Shown here in pieces: positions 50,072-58,967 of a stretch of 64,000 bases of DNA. The translations under genes and the position numbers were made by a program. The DNA is taken from NCBI GenBank assembly GCA_943788915.1, contig CALSSD010000010.1, positions 1 to 64,000 on the forward strand, given 5' to 3'. Numbering within the stretch: position 1 is the first letter of the stretch; each line of letters begins with the position of its first letter. This DNA is from an uncultured Acidimicrobiales bacterium (GTDB lineage: Bacteria > Actinomycetota > Acidimicrobiia > Acidimicrobiales > UBA10347). Below the pieces are notes generated by a model. The model was not told the origin of the DNA and did not search any database. It was given only the letters and a program-made list of their open reading frames with translations.

Positions 50072-50960
50072 TCACCGGATCGCGGCACCAGCTTTGCGCC
50101 GGGTGTTGCCCACGATCTCGTCACGCATCTCTTGCCAGCGCGGCCGCGGCAGATCATGGGCCATATCAGGGAACGCTAACAGGCGGGCAGATGGGATGGC
50201 CTTGGCGGTCGCAATGCCGCCGCTGGGCTGCACGAGTCGATCGAGTAGCCCGTGCATGACCAGCGTCGGCACGTCTACGGCTCCCAACAGTAGGGTGCGG
50301 TCCCGCGAAGCAGCGATTGCGGCAGTTTGGCGAGCAACCCCAGCAGGCGCAAAACTTCGCTCGACCGCGGCCTTGGCGACTTGCGCGATACCCAACGGCA
50401 TCGAAGTGCGGGCCCGAAATGGTGGTCAACACGTCGATGGCAGCGTCGACGGCGGTCTCGAGCGTGGCTGGCTTCTGGCGGGCCATCTTCGGGATGAGCG
50501 AACGGGCGATAGTGCCATGTTTGCGGTCGCCGGTGTTCGACATGATCGAACACAGGCTGCGGACCTTTTCTGGATGTCGGATCGTGAGCTCTTGAGCGAT
50601 CATGCCGCCCATCGAGACACCCACCACATGGCATGAACCGATGTCGAGCGAGTCGAGCAGGCCAGCCGCATCATCGGCCATGTCAGGGACGGTGTAGCCG
50701 ACTCCCTGGAGCTGACGTCGGGTGATAAACGAGCGCATCAGTTTGGCCTGTGATGGTGGTTGCCACCCCGTTTGGGTTGACAGCCCGATGTCTCGGTTGT
50801 CGAAACGAATGACTTGGAAGCCTTGGTCGACGAATAGGTGCACAAATTCGTCTGGCCAGGCCGTGAGTTGTCCGCCAAGTCCCATGATGAACAACAGAGG
50901 TTCACCAGTGCCGTGCACCTCGTACTCGATGGTCACACCGTTGACATCTGCGTTTGCCAT
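50072..50960 (-). CDS. Alpha/beta hydrolase, frameshift near 50400
   Basis: FDNRDIGLS and GVSMGG. The C-terminal PTLVMHG..MAHDLP is in ORF 50072..50401. Confidence 0.85.
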
Positions 50961-51042
50961 GCTCCGTGACGATAGCTGGCTATGGGAGCGGTTGAGAGCG
51001 GCCCTTTTAGACCGAGGGCGAGCTGACACGTATATTCAGCTC

Positions 51043-51819
51043 ATGACCAACTATCCACTTCCTCACGCCTCAACCGATTTGACCGGCCGGGTGGCCTTGG
51101 TCACCGGTGCAACCTCAGGGCTTGGTTGGCGTTTCTCACAAGTGCTTGCCGCAGCTGGCGCAACCGTTATCCCGACAGGGCGGCGTGAGGACCGACTGGC
51201 CGAACTTGAAGCCCAGATTGCTGCAGATGGCGGCACGGCCTATCCCTGCCGCATCGACATGACCGACACGGACAGCATGATGGCGGCAGTAGATCATGCC
51301 GAAGCCAGTGCTGGCACGGTCGATATCTTGATCAACAATGCCGGCATTCCGGACGCGCAGCGGGCCCACAAGATGCCCCTCGATCTCATCGACCGGGTTT
51401 TCGATACCAATCTGCGTGGCCCCTACGTGTTGTCGTGCGAGGTCGCTCGCCGGTTGATCGCTGCCGAGATGCCAGGACGGATGGTCAACATCAGCAGCAT
51501 CGGCGCCTTCCGTTATGAGGGTCAAGGCGCAGCGTTGTACTCCATTACTAAGGCAGGTATCGCTCGCATGAGCGAGGTGCTCGCGGTGGAGTGGGCCCGA
51601 TACAACATCAACGTGAACGCCATTGCTCCCGGAGCTTTCAGCTCCGAAATGATGGATGGCATGCTTGAACGAATGGGCGATATCACTCAGCGCATGCCTC
51701 GTAAACGCCTCGGCGACCCAGCGCAGCTCGACTCGACATTGTTGTATCTATGCGGGCCAGCGTCAGACGCCGTTACCGGCACTGTCATCAAGGTCGACGA
51801 CGGCCAGAGTTCTCGCTGA
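51043..51819 (+). CDS. Short-chain dehydrogenase/reductase
   Basis: TGATSGLG, NNAG and YSITK. Confidence 0.92.
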   Translation: MTNYPLPHASTDLTGRVALVTGATSGLGWRFSQVLAAAGATVIPTGRREDRLAELEAQIAADGGTAYPCRIDMTDTDSMMAAVDHAEASAGTVDILINNAGIPDAQRAHKMPLDLIDRVFDTNLRGPYVLSCEVARRLIAAEMPGRMVNISSIGAFRYEGQGAALYSITKAGIARMSEVLAVEWARYNINVNAIAPGAFSSEMMDGMLERMGDITQRMPRKRLGDPAQLDSTLLYLCGPASDAVTGTVIKVDDGQSSR

Positions 51820-51841
51820 TTGTGGTTGGCTGCTGCCAGGC

Positions 51842-52656
51842 TTAGTAGACGTAGTAGTGACCAACAGGGTTGGCGTAACAAAGGCCATTGCCGCGGTGAT
51901 AGTGCGGGTACCCATGCGGGCATAGTGGCGCCGGTACCGTGGGGGCGACGTACCCCGTGCGAGGCGCAGCGGTCACATGAGGTAACCGTTGTAGAGAGTT
52001 GAACTGGCATGGGTTCGTGCCCCGATAGACCTCGTCGGCATTTCCAACGCCATCGCGGTCCCAATCGAGTGTTGGCATGCCATTTACCTGGGCCAGCGAG
52101 TAATACGGGCATGGGTTGTAGGTGTAGCCGTCGCATGGGTTCGTGCCCTGCCACACTTCGATTGCGTTGCTGATGCCGTCGGCGTCCCACGATCCGTTGG
52201 GGTTCAGTGCCAAATCGGCGTTGGTCGGGTAGGGGCCACGGGTGCTGGCAAGGGTCGGCGCCATTGCGTGACTTCGTCGTTGTTGCGGATGCCGTCGCCG
52301 TCGTAGTCAGACCAGGGGTAGGCGGTGATCGAGACCTGGCACGCCGTTGGATAACCGACGTAGACGTAGGTGTAGTACTGGCACAGCGGGTTGCCGCCGT
52401 TGGCACAAAACTGGGTGGTGTCGATCGTGCACGGGTTGAGGCCGTTAAACAACTCGTCGGAGTTGTTGACCTGGTCGCCATCCCAGTTGCCCGCAGGGTC
52501 GTCGAAGACATCCTGAATTGAGTAACTCGGACAGGGCGATCCGCTAAAGGCGCTGGCCTCGGGCGGCAGTCCAGGGACGAGGAACGATAGGAGCATCATG
52601 ACACTTAGCAAGAGCACCCCAAGGATGAACTTTTTGGTCGGTCCAGTAATTTCCAT
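51842..52656 (-). CDS. Secreted Cys-rich protein with four DxDG-type calcium-binding repeats, frameshift near 52265
   Basis: GGAGGAG RBS and signal peptide. Repeats are WDGDQVNNSDELFNGLNPC, YDGDGIRNNDEV..GADPC, WDADGISNAIEVWQGTNPC and WDRDGVGNADEVYRGTNPC. Confidence 0.75.
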
Positions 52657-52761
52657 GTGCTGACTCCTCCGCCGGATGATTGGCTACGCACTTTGCAGTG
52701 ACTAGGGCACCGGATGGGGTCTGCGAAAGGCCTGAGGAGGGGGACCTCCTAAGGTCCTGGT

Positions 52762-54075
52762 ATGAAACGTCCGCTAGCGGTATCTCCGTTTGTTGTTGGC
52801 TGGGTGCTACTGCTGGTGGCAGTGGTGACTTTTGGCTGCCGCAGTGATGAACGATTCGCAGCGACCAACGGCCGCGCCTCGATCGAAGCGACAACAACTG
52901 CGCCCAGTCAACAGCCGCCCGCCCAAGTGGTGACGGAACTGCCGCCCAAGGAACCGAAACCGATACAGCGGCCGTCACCTACACCGCTGTACATTCCGCC
53001 AACACCTACACCGTTGCCTGTCATCTCCCGCACCTTGGTGTTCACCGGCGATGTGTTGAGTCACACGCCGGTCATCGCCCAGGCGCTGCGTTATGGCGCA
53101 GCGCCGGAGGTGGACACCGCCGGTGGCGGTGTTGTTCCGTTGATCTACGACTACCGCCCTATGTTCGCCGAGCTCGCGCCCCGTCTAGATCGAGCGGACC
53201 TGGCGATATGTGTTCTCGAAACACCAGTGTCAGCTGACAACATCGGACTCGACGGGTATCCCACGTTCGAGGCTCCTCGGGAACTCCCCGATGCGCTTGC
53301 TGCTGCTGGGTACGACGGCTGTTCGACGGCCTCAAATCATTCCTTTGACCGCAATGTCGATGGTATCCATGTCACGCTCGACCAGATGGACCGGGTCGGG
53401 CTGGGCCATGCGGGCATGGCTCGATCAGCGGCCGAGGCCGCGACTCCTCGTATCTATGACGTGGATGGTGTTGCGGTGGCTCATCTGTCCTACACCTACA
53501 GCCTGAACGGCTTCCGGTTGCCCGAAGACCAGCCGTGGTTGGTGAACCTCAACGAGGTCGATGCGATCGTCGATGAAGCAACCCGAGCTCGTGAGGCAGG
53601 GGCGGACCTAGTGGTACTCAGCATCCAGTGGGGGAACGAGTACCAACGCAAACCATCGGCCGAGCAGCTGTCGCTGGCAGCGTCACTGACGGGTTCGGGC
53701 ATGGTCGATCTGATCATGGGTAATCATGTACATGTCGTGCAGCCCGTGGCAGTGGTCAACGACGTGCCGGTGGTCTACGGACTGGGAAACTCGCTGTCGA
53801 ATCAGAGCGATAACTGTTGTCGGACCGGAACCCAAGATGGTGTGCTCGTTGAAGCAACCGTCATTGGAAACGTCGACACGGGTTACCGAGTGTCGGGTCT
53901 GGCATTCGCTCCAACCTGGGTTGATCGCTCGGACTACACGATTGTTGATCTTCTCGCCGCGCTTGATGACCCAGACTTGGATCCGAGTGTGCGATTGGTC
54001 TACGAACGCTCCTTCGAACGCACTGTCGAAGCCATGCACTTGCTCGGATGGGAGATCCCACTGGCGGCGGATTGA
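52762..54075 (+). CDS. CapA-family metallophosphoesterase-like lipoprotein
   Basis: Lipobox-like TFGC, FTGDVL, ASNHSFD, WGNEY, GNHVHVVQP and YGLGN. Confidence 0.88.
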   Translation: MKRPLAVSPFVVGWVLLLVAVVTFGCRSDERFAATNGRASIEATTTAPSQQPPAQVVTELPPKEPKPIQRPSPTPLYIPPTPTPLPVISRTLVFTGDVLSHTPVIAQALRYGAAPEVDTAGGGVVPLIYDYRPMFAELAPRLDRADLAICVLETPVSADNIGLDGYPTFEAPRELPDALAAAGYDGCSTASNHSFDRNVDGIHVTLDQMDRVGLGHAGMARSAAEAATPRIYDVDGVAVAHLSYTYSLNGFRLPEDQPWLVNLNEVDAIVDEATRAREAGADLVVLSIQWGNEYQRKPSAEQLSLAASLTGSGMVDLIMGNHVHVVQPVAVVNDVPVVYGLGNSLSNQSDNCCRTGTQDGVLVEATVIGNVDTGYRVSGLAFAPTWVDRSDYTIVDLLAALDDPDLDPSVRLVYERSFERTVEAMHLLGWEIPLAAD

Positions 54076-54177
54076 CGGGTTGCATTCGTACGCGCATCTA
54101 GGTGAGTTGCCCTACGCCTCGTGGGTCATTCGGATCGTTCGGCACTTACGGGGCGTGGCATCTGCAAAACTGGGTAC

Positions 54178-54527
54178 GTGACGAAGAAACGCTACGACAT
54201 CCCCGTCGAGCCCAAGGCGGGAAAGGTGGGCGTGTTTGCCGTGTTTGTTTTCGGCGTGTTGTCGATTGTGGCTGTTTTCGTTGCGGCATATATGTGGACC
54301 GGCGCCGACACAAAGCTGGCTGGCGCCATGGGTGTCGCTTCCATCCTCATTCCGACGATCATCGGTTCGCTGTCAGCGAGCTACGCCACCAACGCTCTGG
54401 CGCTTTGTGGTTCGTGCTCACGGCGGCGATCTTGGTTGGCAGCCTGTCTGCCTGGGCGATGAACGAACAGGACGCCTTCGCTGACCGTATGAACCTCATT
54501 GCCCCGGGAACCCAAACGTCGGGCTGA
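54178..54527 (+). CDS. Small three-TM membrane protein, frameshift near 54395
   Basis: Hydrophobic segments are split between ORFs 54121..54462 and 54102..54527. Confidence 0.55.
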
Positions 54528-54611
54528 TCCCACCTACTACCTGGCGCCTGGCACCTGGTGCGCGGCACTCGCGTTGCGTTGCGTTGCGCGAGCGTCGCTA
54601 CTGTTTGCTGC

Positions 54612-56042
54612 ATGTTCATTAATGGAGAATGGGTCGATGCACAGAGCGGGGAGACGTTCGAGGTAACGAACCCCGCCACTGGCGAGAAGATTGGGGAGAT
54701 GCCCGATGGGTCAGCGGTCGATGCTGAACGGGCAGTCGCTGCAGCCGACGCGGCGTTCGGGGCATGGTCGACTACCACCGCGTTTGCCCGAGCTGAGATT
54801 TTGATGCGGGCGTGGCAGTTGATGAACGAACGTGCCGATGACCTTGCGCATCTCATGACCACCGAGCAGGGTAAACCTCTCAAGGCCGCAAGGTTCGAGG
54901 TTGGGTATGGCGCTGACTTTCTCCGCTGGTTCGCCGAAGAAGCCCGGCGCCTCACAGGTGAGTGGTTGCCATCGGCCCGCCCTGATCAGCGTTTTCTCAG
55001 CGTGCGTCAACCAGTTGGGGTGGTGGCCGCCATCACGCCATGGAACTACCCGATGTCGATGCTCACCCGCAAGATGGGTCCAGCCTTGGCAGCGGGGTGC
55101 ACCATGGTTCTGAAGCCAGCCGAAGCCACGCCGTTGTGTGCCAAGGCGATCTTCGAGATCCTCGCCGAGGCTGGGGTGCCGGCGGGCGTCATGAACATGG
55201 TTACGGCGAGCGAACCGGCACCTATTGGCGATGTTTTCACGAGTGATCGCCGAGTGAAGAAGCTGACATTTACCGGATCGACAGCAGTGGGAAAGATGCT
55301 TGCCGGGAAGGCGGCGTCATCGCTGCAGCGGGTTTCGGTCGAACTTGGGGGCCATGCTCCGTTCATCGTCTATCCCGATGCTGACCCGGAGCAAGCTGCC
55401 AAAGGTGCTGCTGCGTTGAAGTTCCTGAACTCGGGGCAGGCGTGCATCAGCCCGAACCGTCTCTATGTGCATCGTGATGCCGCTGATGCATTTATCAGCA
55501 CACTGACAAAACGGATCAGCGGCCTGCAGACCGGCAATGGTCTCCACGATGGTGTGGGTGTTGGGCCGCTTGTGAACGACGCCGCTGTCGACAAGGTTGA
55601 TGCTCAGGTCGAAGACGCTCGCAGCAAAGGCGCCGGCATACCTGTTGGCGGGTATCGCCTGACCGAGGATGGTTTGGGCGATGGGCACTTCTATGCGCCG
55701 ACGCTGCTGACCGATGTCACGCCTGACATGACGGTCTATCGCGAGGAAACCTTTGGACCAGTGGCTCCCGTGGTTGTCTACGACGACGTTGATCAGGTGA
55801 TTGAGCTTGCGAACGATACGAACTATGGCCTGGCGGCGTACGTGTACACCCAGAACCTGAAGACGGCCATTACGGCATTCGAGGCGCTTCGTTTCGGCAT
55901 CATTGGCATCAATGACGTGAACCCGACATCGGCCGCCGTGCCCTTCGGCGGAATGGGCGATTCCGGCCTAGGCCGCGAGGGCGGCCACGAGGGACTGGGC
56001 GAATACCTCGAAACCAAAACTGCCGGCATCAGTCTTCGCTAA
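54612..56042 (+). CDS. gabD: NAD(P)-dependent succinate-semialdehyde dehydrogenase
   Basis: ITPWNYP, FTGST, ELGGHAP, GQACIS, EETFGP and SGLGREG. Confidence 0.85.
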   Translation: MFINGEWVDAQSGETFEVTNPATGEKIGEMPDGSAVDAERAVAAADAAFGAWSTTTAFARAEILMRAWQLMNERADDLAHLMTTEQGKPLKAARFEVGYGADFLRWFAEEARRLTGEWLPSARPDQRFLSVRQPVGVVAAITPWNYPMSMLTRKMGPALAAGCTMVLKPAEATPLCAKAIFEILAEAGVPAGVMNMVTASEPAPIGDVFTSDRRVKKLTFTGSTAVGKMLAGKAASSLQRVSVELGGHAPFIVYPDADPEQAAKGAAALKFLNSGQACISPNRLYVHRDAADAFISTLTKRISGLQTGNGLHDGVGVGPLVNDAAVDKVDAQVEDARSKGAGIPVGGYRLTEDGLGDGHFYAPTLLTDVTPDMTVYREETFGPVAPVVVYDDVDQVIELANDTNYGLAAYVYTQNLKTAITAFEALRFGIIGINDVNPTSAAVPFGGMGDSGLGREGGHEGLGEYLETKTAGISLR

Positions 56043-56049
56043 CACCGCG

Positions 56050-56110
56050 AAAACGCAAAAAAGGAGCCTGATATACGAAATACGTACATCAGGCTCCTAA
56101 TTTGCGTTTT
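56050..56110. repeat. REP-like palindrome, copy D (extended, between convergent genes)
   Basis: AAAACGCAAAAA-AGGAGCCTGATATACG-AAATA-CGTACATCAGGCTCCT-AATTTGCGTTTT, in reverse orientation relative to copies A and B. Confidence 0.9.
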
Positions 56111-56133
56111 GGGTGGTCCTGTTTTGGGTGGAC

Positions 56134-56610
56134 CTAGAGCCAGGTGCCCAGCTGCTCGCCGACTTCCTCGGGAGTAGTCTGTGGACCCCAACGGGCGACG
56201 ACCTGACCCGAACGATCAACCAGGAACTTCTCGAAGTTCCAGGTGATATCGGTGGTTTCACCTTCGCCTGGCTGGTTCGACCGAAGCCAGCTGTACAACG
56301 GGGAGGCGGCGTCGCCATTCACCTCGATCTTTGCGAACATGGGGAAGTTCGCGTCGTACTTCGACGTAGCGAATTCAAGGATCTCGGCATTGGAGCCAGG
56401 CTCTTGGCCACCGAACTGATTACAGGGGAAAGCGAGGACGTTGAAGCCCTGTTCGCCGTGTTGTTCTTGAAGCGCACGCAGACCTGCGTACTGAGGCGTG
56501 AGGCCTCAAGCGCTTGCGACGTTGACAACCAAACTGACCTTGTCTTGGAATTGGGAGAAGTTCACCTGGTCACCGGTGATCGACGCCATCTCGAAATCTG
56601 TGAATGTCAT
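56134..56610 (-). CDS. Glutathione peroxidase, predicted selenoprotein (UGA = Sec35), 158 aa
   Basis: Manual translation gives MTFTDFEM..VVNVASA-U-GLTPQYAGL..LAFPCNQFGGQEPG..WNFEKFLV. The TGA is at 56508-56506. Confidence 0.92.
56474..56491 (-). promoter_or_regulatory. Bacterial SECIS element
   Basis: GUACGCAGGUCUGCGUGC hairpin starting 14 nt after the UGA. It contains the GCAGGUCUGC core of the E. coli fdhF SECIS. Confidence 0.8.
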
Positions 56611-56738
56611 TCCGGCACGATAGCTGGGCTCGTTGATCGTGGACGTTGAGCCGGGTCGTTTTAGCGTCTGCGCGGTCACCGCATTAGTTTCTGGCTACGT
56701 AGTAGACGAAGGCCTTGAGCCAGAGAGCGTGGAGTATT

Positions 56739-57494
56739 GTGGGAGACGTATCGGTAGACATCGGCGAGGATCATGTCGCGACGGTTGAGATCCATAGGCC
56801 GCCGAACAACTTCTTCTCGATGCGGCTCATCGAAGAGATCGCCGACACCTTCGAAGCGCTCGACGCCGGCGGCGAGGCCCGTGCCATCGTTTTGTGTAGC
56901 GAAGGAAAACACTTCTGCGCTGGTGCCGACTTTGCGAACCGGTCCGACGACGAGAATTCGGGACAGCTGTATGCCGCTGGGGTGCGGCTCTTCCGGTCGG
57001 CTCTTCCCATCGTGGCTGCCGTGCAAGGTGCCGCCATCGGCGGCGGACTCGGACTGGCGTTGATGCCTGACTTCCGGGTCGCTGCACCCGAGGCTCGTTT
57101 CAGCGCAAACTTCGCCCGGCTCGGATTTCATCAGGGGTTCGGGCTTAGCGTCACATTGCCTCGACTCGTCGGGCCCCAAGCCGCGGCTGAACTGTTGTAC
57201 ACCGGTCGCCGGGTCAAGGGCGAAGAGGCAGTTGAGATGGGTCTGGCTGACAAGCTCGCACCCATCGAATCGGTGCGAGATGTTGCCCATGAACTGGCGG
57301 CCGAGATCGCCATGTCGGCACCACTTGCCGTTCGTTCGATTCGGGCGACGCTACGTGAGGGCCTTGCCGATGCGGTGAAGGCCGCGACCGATCACGAAGC
57401 TATCGAACAAGCCCGTTTGCAGACGACAGCTGATTGGAAAGAGGGCGTCGCCGCCATGGCCGAACGTCGCACGCCGAACTTCACCGCCAGCTAA
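56739..57494 (+). CDS. Enoyl-CoA hydratase/isomerase family protein
   Basis: HFCAGADF, GGGLGLAL and FARLGFHQGFG. Confidence 0.9.
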   Translation: MGDVSVDIGEDHVATVEIHRPPNNFFSMRLIEEIADTFEALDAGGEARAIVLCSEGKHFCAGADFANRSDDENSGQLYAAGVRLFRSALPIVAAVQGAAIGGGLGLALMPDFRVAAPEARFSANFARLGFHQGFGLSVTLPRLVGPQAAAELLYTGRRVKGEEAVEMGLADKLAPIESVRDVAHELAAEIAMSAPLAVRSIRATLREGLADAVKAATDHEAIEQARLQTTADWKEGVAAMAERRTPNFTAS

Positions 57495-57559
57495 AGGCAT
57501 CCGCCCCGCAGACGTGGGCCCGTTCGAGTAGTGGTAGGCCGCCGGTTCTTGGTCAGCAA

Positions 57560-57587
57560 CAATAGGGTCGATCAATAGGGTCGATCA
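57560..57587. repeat. 13-bp tandem duplication spanning the TauD stop codon
   Basis: CAATAGGGTCGAT x2 plus CA. Confidence 0.85.
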
Positions 57588-58393
57588 CCTGCGAGCGTGA
57601 TTCGGTGCATCAGTCGTCGGTGCCCGTCGTAGTCGTTGATTGGGTTGTGTAACAGGCACCGGTTGTCCCACAACGTCAGCATCCCCGGTTTCCATGTGAG
57701 TCGCCACACGAACTGTGGTTGAATCTGGTGTTCGAAGATCGCTTCGAGGATTGGCCGGCTCTCGGCTTCGGTCATGCCCACAAAATGGCTTGTGTGGGCG
57801 ATGTTGACGTACAGGGCCTTGCGCCCTGTCTCGGGATGGGTCCGCACTGCGGGGTGTTCGGACTGGTACGCCTGCCGAGTTGGCTGGCCAGGGTCTGCGA
57901 GCCGGTCGGACCTGGTCTTGGACACGTCGGCCAGGTCCGAACGGTTCACCACAGTGAGATGCTCAATGATCTGTTGCAGCTCGGGAGGTAGTTGTTCCCA
58001 AGCCGAGTACATATTGGCGAATTCCGTGTCGCCGCCAACGGGCGGAATCTCTCGGGCCACCAACATGGAAGCCATGGGCGGTTCATCGAGATAGAGCGTG
58101 TCGCTGTGCCAGATACCCCCAAAGTTGTTCTTCTCGTGCTCGAGCTTCTTGACCTCGATGATGTCGGGGAAGTCGGCAAGCCCGGTGACAAACGGATAAC
58201 GACCAGGTTCACCGATCGTTTTCGCGAACGCCAGAAAAGCCGCCTCGTTGAGCGGTTGATCAGGAAAGACCAGCACGAGATGTTCATGCCAGGCAGCACG
58301 AAGTGCTTGCCGGAGTTGCTCTGAGGGCGTTTCACTGAGGTCGATATCGGTGACGAAGGCGCCGAGGGCTCCGCCGCTGGGTGTGACTCGCAT
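57572..58393 (-). CDS. TauD/TfdA family 2OG-dependent dioxygenase
   Basis: WHSD, GGDTEFA, HPETGRKALYVN and WDNRCLLH..RLMHR. Confidence 0.92.
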   Translation of the reverse strand: MRVTPSGGALGAFVTDIDLSETPSEQLRQALRAAWHEHLVLVFPDQPLNEAAFLAFAKTIGEPGRYPFVTGLADFPDIIEVKKLEHEKNNFGGIWHSDTLYLDEPPMASMLVAREIPPVGGDTEFANMYSAWEQLPPELQQIIEHLTVVNRSDLADVSKTRSDRLADPGQPTRQAYQSEHPAVRTHPETGRKALYVNIAHTSHFVGMTEAESRPILEAIFEHQIQPQFVWRLTWKPGMLTLWDNRCLLHNPINDYDGHRRLMHRITLAGDRPY

Positions 58394-58460
58394 ACCCCTA
58401 TCTTGGCGCGTACTCTGCCGAGAAATGGCATGGAGCTGTACTCAAAATAGTGAGCTTGCG

Positions 58461-58967
58461 CTAGATGTCGACGGCCTTTTCGCTCGCAGGAAGTTCGTAC
58501 ACAAAGTCGCAGTGGCTGGCGCCGCTCATGATCGTCTGGGTGCGGGTGAAGGTGATGTCGGGGTTGAAACCTTCGACCATGGTTCCGTCGCGGTTACAGC
58601 TCATGCGTGCTCCGAGATCGGCGTCGCCGAGGTCGCGGTACATTTCGGCGTACTTGCAGCGGGTGACGTTAAAGGCAAACGTGGTGTCGGTCTGCTCGAC
58701 GACTTCGATCTCCAGCGCACCTCCGCGAGTCCACGCTTCTAGCGAGTCTGCGAAGACACTCAGGTCGTTGCCGCCCAACATCTCGGCCATGGCTGCACCT
58801 TGGCTTTTCGCGACATCGATGATGACTTCGGCGGCAAGATCGCGAACTCGTTCTTGACCGAATTCGTCGCCAAGTCGGTCGATGATCGGCGCCAGGATGC
58901 GGGCTTCGATCTCGCGGCGTTTCAGTACACCGACGTCGTTCAGTGTGTCAGGTCGTTCCGTGGTCAT
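58461..58967 (-). CDS. L-2-amino-thiazoline-4-carboxylic acid hydrolase family protein
   Basis: RREIEA, FNVTRCKYAEMY, CNRD and RTQTIMSGASHCDF. Confidence 0.85.
   Translation of the reverse strand: MTTERPDTLNDVGVLKRREIEARILAPIIDRLGDEFGQERVRDLAAEVIIDVAKSQGAAMAEMLGGNDLSVFADSLEAWTRGGALEIEVVEQTDTTFAFNVTRCKYAEMYRDLGDADLGARMSCNRDGTMVEGFNPDITFTRTQTIMSGASHCDFVYELPASEKAVDI

Noticed and set aside
52738..52760. DosR-like box (GGGACCTCCTAAGGTCC)
   Set aside because: Half-site spacing does not fit the GGGAC-N4-GTCCC pattern and it occurs once. It may be another operator but this is unsupported.
56134..56610. gpx as a nonsense pseudogene
   Set aside because: The only stop is UGA at the catalytic residue, and it is followed by a SECIS-like hairpin.
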